IMG/VR virus record: IMGVR_UViG_3300029319_000067
Location: 1 to 53,523 of that record
Length of the DNA: 53,523 nt
Strand: one strand, 5' to 3'
Source of the DNA: a virus
Lineage: Duplodnaviria; Caudoviricetes
The notes under the pieces are model-generated. The model saw only the letters and a program-made list of their open reading frames with translations, made no database searches and had not been told where the DNA came from. Below are positions 33,001-39,889 of the stretch, piece after piece. Position 1 is the stretch's first letter, and the number at the start of each line of letters is the position of its first letter. The translations under genes were made by a program, and so were the position numbers.

Positions 33001-33519
33001 ATGCTCACGCAACATCTTGTAATCAACACGGGGAAAACGATAAAAGTTCTCACCCTCGTATGACTTTGACACGAGACTAAAAAGATTGTTTAGACCTGTT
33101 TGGTTCTGAGCAAGGAGAACAAGGTGTGCTCGACGGTTGAGAACGTGTTTGGCAGAACGCTTGCTCGCTGCTTCGTCCTCGATCACCGGACCAGAGGAAT
33201 CGTCCTTCTTTTTCTTTTTTTGGTTCGCAAGGTGCTCTTCCTTCTCGACCTTCCACTTTTCCAAGTCGTCGATGAAGTAAGCCTCGATGCCAAAGATAGG
33301 TTTGAAGTTTTTGCCTTCAGCTTGCATCTTCTTGGCGTTTAGCACCTGATAAGCAAGCCCTGACATGTTGCCGTGGTCTGTGAGAGCCAAGGCATCCATA
33401 CCGTTCTCCCAGGCGAAGTTCTGGTGGTCTTGCGGATAGCCCATGCCATCGAAAATACTAAATACGGAGTGAGAGTGAAGTCCAACAAAGGGAATGCTGG
33501 GCTGTGCTCGGTCTGTCAT
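30094..33519 (-). CDS. dnaE: DNA polymerase III alpha subunit (family C)
   Basis: PHP motifs HSHS/TDHG/DAHY, GRGSAAGS, PDIDYD, RHAGG, KFDILGL, FNKSHA. Confidence 0.95.
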   Translation of the reverse strand: MTDRAQPSIPFVGLHSHSVFSIFDGMGYPQDHQNFAWENGMDALALTDHGNMSGLAYQVLNAKKMQAEGKNFKPIFGIEAYFIDDLEKWKVEKEEHLANQKKKKKDDSSGPVIEDEAASKRSAKHVLNRRAHLVLLAQNQTGLNNLFSLVSKSYEGENFYRFPRVDYKMLREHSEGIIVSSACLGGPLSKCFWNNREESPEAVHNSMVKTINEFKDIFGDKFYCELQWNRIPEQHEVNQHIIKAAAETNTELVSTADAHYPRPEMFKDRELYKQLGWLGKAKPDYADSTLPEKREDLMYELYPKNGDQMWEAYKSSSEELGIEYDDKLVRRSLQNTYHIAHERIDTFFPDAQVRLPDFVVPEGSTATEEMTRLCIEGLKGRNLHTKPEYVERLKEEIKVIDDRGFSKYFLTMKAVADEATKTQLVGAGRGSAAGSLVAYVLGITGIDPILYGLLFSRFLRRDAVDYPDIDYDVADPMALKEELMEKWGKDTVVPISNYNTLQLRSLIKDIAKFYGIDFSEVNRVTSVMVLEATPLAKARHGITAGVYTPTFEELMEFSDSLKKFLKKYPHVETHVKALTGQLRSISRHAGGVVIADNLNKHMPLINSGGVQQTPWSEGMNVRHLEPLGFIKFDILGLASLRMVEGAISHILQRHHGIENPTFDDVKKWYDEHLSPDNMDLDDQAIYENIFHKGRWAGVFQFTEKGAQNFCQRAKPRSIIDISAITSIYRPGPLSANVHEQYVEAKENPHNIKYLHPLVEEVTKETYGFLIFQEQIALLAHKLGKDLTLDEGNMLRKLLTKKGTGKGNEKKVAIHKKFIAGCIEKGIAEAEAQKLWQTFEYFSGYGFNKSHAVSYSILSYQCAHLLNYYPVEWAAAFLDKEPEGRKERAINIVRSLGLGVENPDINLSGRVWEIADDGKSLIQPLTSIKGLGDKAVDQIMAHRPFETIEELLFHEEIVYSKLNKKGLDVLCRTQALNSLMDERFSGLKHFWSAVAVDRPKNKKKFLENIETYEPEGDFSKTEKIAYLVELAGIFPFHLVMSQQVTDQLAHYCIPPLGEFDPDLGAAWFIPREVIKKKTRRGKDFYIVRAIDDTSKSSTIKVWGVDPSKDIIHVNRPYMAKLDYSEQWGFSTRSMRYGWKMIA

Positions 33520-33527
33520 GTTTTCTC

Positions 33528-33752
33528 CTAATCGTCAAAGTCTCTTTGTCTAGTTGCTATGTCTAGTTCTCTCTCTAGTTGATCTGCGTGCTCTTCTAAT
33601 CTTGTTATATTATCTCTCATTTCTGTCATTGTGTCAAGGAAATAATCAACAAAAGCTTGTTGTTCATAAGAAAGTTCAATGTAGTTAAATGGCAGACCGA
33701 CGTCCTCTAAAATCCTGAACGGGATGTTCCCGTACTCCTCACCGTTGTTCAT
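33528..33752 (-). CDS. Hypothetical coiled-coil protein
   Basis: ORF with AGGAG RBS. Confidence 0.55.
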   Translation of the reverse strand: MNNGEEYGNIPFRILEDVGLPFNYIELSYEQQAFVDYFLDTMTEMRDNITRLEEHADQLERELDIATRQRDFDD

Positions 33753-34653
33753 CGTAGTATTCTCCTAGTCTTTCAAGTTCTCTTGTTTGGTTTGCTGTTT
33801 TTAGTATTGGTGTCTTGGGTCTCTGGTATTTTAACTTAGACACTGCATCTCTATAGCCATCCCAGGTGTAGGCATTGTAATATTGTTCTAACTCTGCCTC
33901 TTTGTATGTAGAGTTGTCAATGGGCAAGAGAAGTTTATCCAAGGGAAAAGTTCTGCCAGAGTGTTGTTCCTCAAGGGGCAGTCGTTCTAGCCATTTCTCT
34001 CCTCGTTTAAAATCAGAAATACTTCTCCAGACGAGAGTGTTTTCTTTAAAAAAGTTTTTTCTCATCTCTCGCCAGGACGACTGTGTAAAAGTAAATGGCA
34101 GAAACTCACCGTCCCAAGCTGTCTTGCCGTTGTGTGAAAAATAAAACTCACTAACTGCAACAAATGCTGGTCGAAACTTTTTTATTTCCCAAAAGTCAAA
34201 AGCTGCCCATGGGAATGTAACAAAAAACTTTTCTGGCATTGTCCATCTAGAAACGTGACGAGCAGTTCTATTGGCAATCTCAGCGCCCTGCAATATTGCC
34301 CAAGTGTACGAACCGCGTTGTCGCTTGTCTTTCTCGGTCATACGAACATAATATATTGGTATTTGAACGCGATACTCTGTCGGTCGAAGGTGATGCCTCC
34401 AGTAATGAGAGGGATCTTCAACCCACTCACCCACATGTCGTTTAAGCATTTTGGCAGAGCGCTCTTCGCAAACAATAAAAATCTGTTTGCAACCAAAGAA
34501 GGCGCACTGCATAACTGCGTTCTCAACAAGAGTCAGGTCTTTTACAATCGGTTTTAGCCAAGGAGCATACGGAAACTGTTCGTCATTTCCATATCCATCC
34601 AGCGGAATGATTCCGACCATTTTTGCCAAAGGGCTCTTACCTTCTCGTTCCAT
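33739..34653 (-). CDS. Divergent sugar-phosphate nucleotidyltransferase-like (GT-A) protein
   Basis: VGIIPLDGYG...LKPI..LTLVENAVMQCAFFGCKQIFIV. Confidence 0.5.
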   Translation of the reverse strand: MEREGKSPLAKMVGIIPLDGYGNDEQFPYAPWLKPIVKDLTLVENAVMQCAFFGCKQIFIVCEERSAKMLKRHVGEWVEDPSHYWRHHLRPTEYRVQIPIYYVRMTEKDKRQRGSYTWAILQGAEIANRTARHVSRWTMPEKFFVTFPWAAFDFWEIKKFRPAFVAVSEFYFSHNGKTAWDGEFLPFTFTQSSWREMRKNFFKENTLVWRSISDFKRGEKWLERLPLEEQHSGRTFPLDKLLLPIDNSTYKEAELEQYYNAYTWDGYRDAVSKLKYQRPKTPILKTANQTRELERLGEYYDEQR

Positions 34654-35414
34654 AGCTCGTTCTCGTTAACTGTGATAAACTTTATTTTATCTTCATCGTG
34701 GTACGTGTGATTTTCGACGGGTCTGACAGTGCGCTTTTTATATTCAAAACGAAGTGGATAGGTTCGCTGTTTTCCTCCGCTTGGACCCTTCATGCCGAGA
34801 CCCTTTACGATCTCAAGCAACTTATAACGCATAGGCACCCAACTATGTTCAAACACATCTAGCTGCGACTCTTTTAAATATGAGACAACCTCTAAAGTTT
34901 TTCTTCTGCCGTGAATCCAGAAATGTATCTCATTGACAAAATCATCGCCCACATAGTGATAAACATAGTCGTGTGGTTGAGCACTCATCCTTACAGTATC
35001 CACCACAAACATTTTCCTGTCAAGTGGTTCTTGTATCCTGCCGCCTTGGAACATTTCAGGGTTGGTTACAACAAGCTGATCGAACTTGTAGTTAAGCAGC
35101 GAGCCATTCTTTGTCATGACCTTGAGAACACCATCATCAGCGCGAATACTTTGATTTGGAGTGACTCCCAATATTTTTCCACGGTAGTTGAGTTGTAACG
35201 CGAGGAACTCCCACAAGGCTTGTGTTGGGTCTCCTGTTGGTAACTTCTCAAAGGGAAAGGGCTTTCTTGGCTCTGTGAACACTACCCAGTAATCTTCTTT
35301 AAGTGCCCACAATAAAGAGGCAACATCGCCACCTACGACAATGTTATTTGCATGGGTGAAGATGTGCCTCTTTAGCTTTCTCACAATACTGCGCGACCTT
35401 TTAGTTTTTCCCAA
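34554..35414 (-). CDS. Degenerate FAD/NAD-binding oxidoreductase-like protein
   Basis: NIVVGGDVASLLWA...YKFDQLVV Rossmann-like remnants. Confidence 0.4.
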   Translation of the reverse strand: MGKTKRSRSIVRKLKRHIFTHANNIVVGGDVASLLWALKEDYWVVFTEPRKPFPFEKLPTGDPTQALWEFLALQLNYRGKILGVTPNQSIRADDGVLKVMTKNGSLLNYKFDQLVVTNPEMFQGGRIQEPLDRKMFVVDTVRMSAQPHDYVYHYVGDDFVNEIHFWIHGRRKTLEVVSYLKESQLDVFEHSWVPMRYKLLEIVKGLGMKGPSGGKQRTYPLRFEYKKRTVRPVENHTYHDEDKIKFITVNENELWNEKVRALWQKWSESFRWMDMEMTNSFRMLLG

Positions 35415-36217
35415 TCCCTCTCTGGTCTAACCTCTAGATTCTTTTCCCAGGCTGCTTTGAGAACCAAAGGATCAACACCATAACTTAGACAGAAGTGCAT
35501 CATCGCGTTTATATCTTTTGGAAAACAACTTCCACCAAAGCCAAGCTTTTCATCCGGTCCAGGGACTGCAAAGTGTGTTTTGCCAATCCTTTTATCCTCG
35601 ACGACACACTCGATCATTTCATTATAGTCAATCGACATCTTATCACAGAGTTGCTTCATTTCGTTAGAAAACGAAACCTTAACAGCCAGGAAGCAGTTGG
35701 CAAAATATTTGACCATCTCCGCTGTGGTTGAATCGGTGCTGATGACTTTTGACTTGGGAAAGAAATCCTGAAATAGTTTTGTCAGTCTTTGTGTGGAGTT
35801 TGGGTCTCCTCCAAAAATAATCCTATTTTGATTTTTATAATCCTCAATGTGGTTCTTTTCTGTCAAGAACTCTGGGCTGAAAACGACAGAGCAACGATCG
35901 CTGAAACCGTTCAGGCTTTGTGTTGTTCCCGGTGTGACCGTTGACTTAATCACAACTATATGTTGTCCATTGCTGAACTGGTTGATGTCAAGAACTGTTT
36001 TCCAAACGTTATCAACGTTGCACGAGCCATCTTCATTCATTGGTGTTGGAACACATACAAAAATGATGTTTGCCTTTGAACACAACTCTTCAAGACTCTC
36101 ACAGGTCGATTCTTTAACCAAGTCATACGTCTCGATTTTAACTTTTTTCTTCAAACCCTCTCTGAGAGCAGAGCCAACAAATCCTTGACCGACGATACCT
36201 ATAATATTATTTTCCAT
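35381..36217 (-). CDS. ugd: UDP-glucose/GDP-mannose dehydrogenase family, no C-terminal domain
   Basis: GIVGQGFVG, CVPTP, KSTV.PG, PEFL, AEMVKY..N, GFGGSCFPKD. Confidence 0.88.
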   Translation of the reverse strand: MENNIIGIVGQGFVGSALREGLKKKVKIETYDLVKESTCESLEELCSKANIIFVCVPTPMNEDGSCNVDNVWKTVLDINQFSNGQHIVVIKSTVTPGTTQSLNGFSDRCSVVFSPEFLTEKNHIEDYKNQNRIIFGGDPNSTQRLTKLFQDFFPKSKVISTDSTTAEMVKYFANCFLAVKVSFSNEMKQLCDKMSIDYNEMIECVVEDKRIGKTHFAVPGPDEKLGFGGSCFPKDINAMMHFCLSYGVDPLVLKAAWEKNLEVRPERDWEKLKGRAVL

Positions 36218-36677
36218 GTTTAATCTTTCTTTTAATCTTGTTTGTTATTTTTAAAACCTTCTTCGCGTATTCGATTCCACGAGTATTTGGTTTGTTTCCC
36301 TTGCAGCGAAAGCCTGCGTTGTATCCGCAAAGACCTACCAAAACTTTGCCTTTGCCGTATTTATAAATCCAGTAGTTAAGTTTCCTTGCGCCCTCTGGTA
36401 AGCCAATCTTTGGATCCTTTAGTTGTTCGCAAGTGTATTTACTCCACTGCGGCATAACCTGTGCGATCCCACAAGCCCCAGCGTATGAGACGACATGGGG
36501 CTTCCAGTTGGACTCAACGTGTAGCATTGCAGCTAACATCACTGGGTCAAGTTTATTTTTCTTTGCTTCTTTTACAATACTGCTGCTATAACGACAAGCA
36601 CGATTCGCGCCAGAAGCACCAAAGAATGCTGAGTTAGCCACGATAGCAGCGCATAGAATTTTTCCAGTGATGACCAT
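36207..36677 (-). CDS. Lytic transglycosylase (SLT) with N-terminal signal/anchor
   Basis: HVESNW, GACGIAQVMP, YNAG. Confidence 0.85.
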   Translation of the reverse strand: MVITGKILCAAIVANSAFFGASGANRACRYSSSIVKEAKKNKLDPVMLAAMLHVESNWKPHVVSYAGACGIAQVMPQWSKYTCEQLKDPKIGLPEGARKLNYWIYKYGKGKVLVGLCGYNAGFRCKGNKPNTRGIEYAKKVLKITNKIKRKIKHGK

Positions 36678-37364
36678 TCAGTGCCCCCTGATTTCACGAT
36701 AAGCTCCTACAGTTTCTGGGTATAGTTTCGTAATAATCTCTAACATTCCAAGAGCCATATCTTGGATTTCTTTTTGTGCGCCTTCGTGTGTACGAAGGTC
36801 AATGAACTTTAAAATATTATTTAAGTTGGCTGAAGCGTAGTATTCCGTCAGCATGTTCTGCGGTAGAACACCACGGGCTTGTTCGCGACAAACACCTGCT
36901 TCAATAAGTTCGTTGAACAACTTTAAACTTGCATCGTGATGCATCGTGATGCAGTCGGAGGCTTCATACTGCCAACTCTCAATAACTGGGTCAATCAAGT
37001 CGTGAGCGTTGCTCGCTTGACGATTAGACTTGTGCTGAGTCCTGAAAGCCGGGGGCTCGTAGAACTGAATGTCAAAGTCTGTGTAGCGTCTGCTAATCTC
37101 GTTGTAAGACCAAGTGCGATGACGATGATGCTGTGAACGAACAAACAGTGGAACCTTAACACGGAAGGTTACAAAGCAGTGCTCCAGAGTTGAAGTGTGT
37201 TTGTGCTTAATAAGATACTTGATAAGCTTTTTATCTTTGCTGTCAAGTTCTGACTTGTGCTTACCAAACGAGACGCGAGCGGAGTTTACAACCGAAAGAT
37301 CTGAGCCAACAGCGTCTACCAACTCTACAAAGCATTTGTTGTCCTCATAAAGAGGGATTTTCAT
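36678..37364 (-). CDS. thyX: FAD-dependent thymidylate synthase
   Basis: RHRTWSYNEISRRY, EQARGVLP, AQKEI. Confidence 0.95.
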   Translation of the reverse strand: MKIPLYEDNKCFVELVDAVGSDLSVVNSARVSFGKHKSELDSKDKKLIKYLIKHKHTSTLEHCFVTFRVKVPLFVRSQHHRHRTWSYNEISRRYTDFDIQFYEPPAFRTQHKSNRQASNAHDLIDPVIESWQYEASDCITMHHDASLKLFNELIEAGVCREQARGVLPQNMLTEYYASANLNNILKFIDLRTHEGAQKEIQDMALGMLEIITKLYPETVGAYREIRGH

Positions 37365-37779
37365 TTTTAAAAGCATTCATGTTCTCGATGGGTTGAAAAC
37401 CGTATTTGATACGAACACGGTCTGAAATAGGAATGGCATCACCGTCACCGTCGATGCGGACAAACTTCATAACTGTGGAACAGGCAAGCTTCTGCGTGCC
37501 ATTGTAAACAGAGTGGCGTCGAGCTTCAAGCTCCAGATCCACGCTTGATGTACCAATCTTTACAACCTGTCCATAGATTTTAATAAGCTGCCCAGGTCGA
37601 ACAGGACAATGAAACACTACATCATCTATTTTTTTAGTAACCATTCTGGGGGTATCTGCCACCTGACATGCGAAAGAGGCTGCTGCCTCATCCAACCAAG
37701 CGAGCATGATACCCCCAAAAAGGTTACCATGATAACCAACGTCGTTTTGTTTTACCAAATGAGTGGAAATAAGTTCCAT
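37345..37779 (-). CDS. Acyl-CoA thioesterase (hotdog fold, YciA-like)
   Basis: HGNLFGGIMLAWLDEAA, VVFHCPV, GTSSV, FVRID. Confidence 0.85.
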   Translation of the reverse strand: MELISTHLVKQNDVGYHGNLFGGIMLAWLDEAAASFACQVADTPRMVTKKIDDVVFHCPVRPGQLIKIYGQVVKIGTSSVDLELEARRHSVYNGTQKLACSTVMKFVRIDGDGDAIPISDRVRIKYGFQPIENMNAFKNENPSL

Positions 37780-38054
37780 TATGGCAGAACTCCATAGACG
37801 TGGTTTTGTAAGACAAGGTGGTAGTCGGTCTCATCAACTGTTATGGTTTGCACTTGAGAGCGCTCGACCACCACCTCATCGAGAGAGTTAACGTCCAAAG
37901 AACAGTCTTCCGCAAGCGCAACTACCTCAACGACCTCATATGGGTCAGTGGGTGCTTGGTAATCCTCTGGCAAAACGAAGGTCGAATCTTCTTTCTTATC
38001 CTCCGCACGACGCTTTACCAGCAGGTGACGATTCAATGGTTTGAACTCTCTCAT
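37779..38054 (-). CDS. groES: GroES-like co-chaperonin
   Basis: FKPLNRHLLVKR...FVLPE...EVVAL...YHLV...VYGV. Confidence 0.7.
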   Translation of the reverse strand: MREFKPLNRHLLVKRRAEDKKEDSTFVLPEDYQAPTDPYEVVEVVALAEDCSLDVNSLDEVVVERSQVQTITVDETDYHLVLQNHVYGVLP

Positions 38055-38335
38055 TGCTGCGCTCCAGTGTCGTGGGGATTGGAACCAGCAAGAGTGTATA
38101 CCAAGTTCTCGTAGATTTCAGCCAGATCCTCAAAGTGAATCTGCTTTTCCAACATACGGTAGGCTTGCATAGCCAGGGAAATCTGATCCTTGTCTAGCCA
38201 GCCGTTCTCGATATAGTTCTTGCGTAGCTCCTTACGCTGCTCACGATAGGGTCGCATACAATCCTCAATAGCTGCAATAGCCTGAATGTACTCGGCAACA
38301 TGCATGTGGATATTATTCTTTACATCATTCGACAT
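38051..38335 (-). CDS. DsbA(T4)/GapR-like double-stranded DNA-binding protein
   Basis: EYIQAIAAIED...EQRKELRK...GWLDK...AYRM helical pattern. Confidence 0.5.
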   Translation of the reverse strand: MSNDVKNNIHMHVAEYIQAIAAIEDCMRPYREQRKELRKNYIENGWLDKDQISLAMQAYRMLEKQIHFEDLAEIYENLVYTLAGSNPHDTGAQQ

Positions 38336-38586
38336 TACAAACTCCTTACTCTAGCATTCAAATCGGTGTAGCCACCGATAAAAGTCTCATGACCTTTCTC
38401 ATCAACTTCAAACACCAGGGGCACCGTCGCCCATTTGGTGTATTCTTTCAACTCTTGTAGTATATCACTGGATGGTTCAAGTGTCAAGTACTCGTGGTCG
38501 ATTTTTTTCTTTTCCAGTAACTTTTTTGCTTGGATGCAGTATGGGCAAGTTTTCGTGCCATAAACTTTAAATTTAATACTACTCAC
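38335..38586 (-). CDS. Glutaredoxin
   Basis: CPYC, TVP, FIGGYTDL. Confidence 0.9.
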   Translation of the reverse strand: MSSIKFKVYGTKTCPYCIQAKKLLEKKKIDHEYLTLEPSSDILQELKEYTKWATVPLVFEVDEKGHETFIGGYTDLNARVRSL

Positions 38587-39028
38587 CCTTGCTCCTGTTC
38601 TTGCGACCATCAGGTCGGACTTGTCCTTGTTTTGTTGCACCGTCTGGGTCAAACAATCTTTTGTTTTTACCCTTACTAGAATACAACATAAGTTCAAGAT
38701 ATTTAAGACCTTCTTTCTCTCTGTAGTAATGTTTTATTAGTTCAACCTTGCCATATGTCGGAGGTCGTTGTTTTGGTCTGCGACCACGACCTTTGTATGG
38801 TGGAGGTGGTGGGGGCTTATTAAGAATCGATACAACCTCGTCTAAATAAGCTGATTCGCCCATCAGATCCATGAGCGCTTGATCATATTTAATTTTAATC
38901 ATAATTGGGAACTTAGAAACAAACTCGCCTGCGCGGTGAAACCGGCAAGCGGTATAAATACCATCGTATTCTTTGTCGTCGTGCCAATACCAAGATGGCT
39001 TAATTGGAATGATTTGTACTTCTTTCAT
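38579..39028 (-). CDS. Hypothetical protein
   Basis: AGGAGG RBS at MKEVQ; own promoter. Confidence 0.6.
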   Translation of the reverse strand: MKEVQIIPIKPSWYWHDDKEYDGIYTACRFHRAGEFVSKFPIMIKIKYDQALMDLMGESAYLDEVVSILNKPPPPPPYKGRGRRPKQRPPTYGKVELIKHYYREKEGLKYLELMLYSSKGKNKRLFDPDGATKQGQVRPDGRKNRSKGE

Positions 39029-39045
39029 GGTGACCTCCTGTCTGA

Positions 39046-39074
39046 ATTGTACCAAGAGGTCACCCACATGTCAA
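39046..39074 (-). promoter_or_regulatory. Sigma70-like promoter overlapping an RBS-sequestering inverted repeat
   Basis: TTGACA-17-TACAAT; GGTGACCTC/GAGGTCACC. Confidence 0.7.
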
Positions 39075-39083
39075 GTATTATCT

Positions 39084-39494
39084 TTAGCCGATACCTAATG
39101 AGCCTGAGTAGTTTATACCCTTGCTGCCAGATAGCTGACTGTCAATGCCGGTAAGACCAGCGTAAACAGAGCCTGTGGTGGATGCACCAAGACCCGCGAG
39201 GAAGACTTGTCTCACTCTAAAATCGGCTTTAAAAGTTTCGCCATTGTTGATAACAATCTTGAAACCGTCGTCACCTACAACACCGGCTTGTGAAAAGCCT
39301 GCGAGCAGCGGAATGTTTGCGCTGGCAGTAGGCAAGTTATTTTGAATCATGATAAAGCTTGTGACCGCTGGAAAGTTGATTTCCGTAACTGCGGTATGTC
39401 TAACATGAATGCTTGATGATAAAAAGGGCTTAGCACTCATTTGGTATTGTCCAACTGAGCCTACCCCTGGTTTGTATTGATCTGGACCAGCCAT
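39084..39494 (-). CDS. Gly/Ser-rich beta protein, probable virion structural protein
   Basis: Composition; lies in the ACTATTTA-driven unit. Confidence 0.5.
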   Translation of the reverse strand: MAGPDQYKPGVGSVGQYQMSAKPFLSSSIHVRHTAVTEINFPAVTSFIMIQNNLPTASANIPLLAGFSQAGVVGDDGFKIVINNGETFKADFRVRQVFLAGLGASTTGSVYAGLTGIDSQLSGSKGINYSGSLGIG

Positions 39495-39504
39495 TTATTT
39501 ACTC

Positions 39505-39795
39505 CTAAGTATTTTTTAAAACTTCCCAAATAGCCACTCCGAGTGAGCCGATGACTCCTGATGCGCCTATCCACATAACCCTACTCATGCCATCCTTCCA
39601 GTTCTCCAACTCTTTTAAGCGAGTGTAGATACCCTGGTCTGGATTATAGATCGCTTCTTTGATCTTTGTAATATCATCTGCCATCTCCTCATTTTTTTCT
39701 TTGATGGTCATAATGGTATCCTCGATTCTCTGAAGAGACCCTTTCAACTCGGCAAATTCTACTGCCGTTGATACTTGGATATTTTCGTTTGGCAT
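39505..39795 (-). CDS. Coiled coil plus C-terminal TM protein (XhlA/holin-like)
   Basis: RLKELENWK then hydrophobic helix; ACTATTTA at 39821-39828. Confidence 0.55.
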   Translation of the reverse strand: MPNENIQVSTAVEFAELKGSLQRIEDTIMTIKEKNEEMADDITKIKEAIYNPDQGIYTRLKELENWKDGMSRVMWIGASGVIGSLGVAIWEVLKNT

Positions 39796-39832
39796 AATTA
39801 TCCCTCGTAAGGTTCATGAATAAATAGTTTGT

Positions 39833-39866
39833 AAAAAAAGAAAGGCAGGAGTATTAACCCCTGCCT
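39833..39866 (-). terminator. Rho-independent terminator after nrdJ
   Basis: AGGCAGG/CCTGCCT stem followed by a T-run. Confidence 0.75.
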
Positions 39867-39889
39867 CGCTAGACAAAACTTTATTTGTC

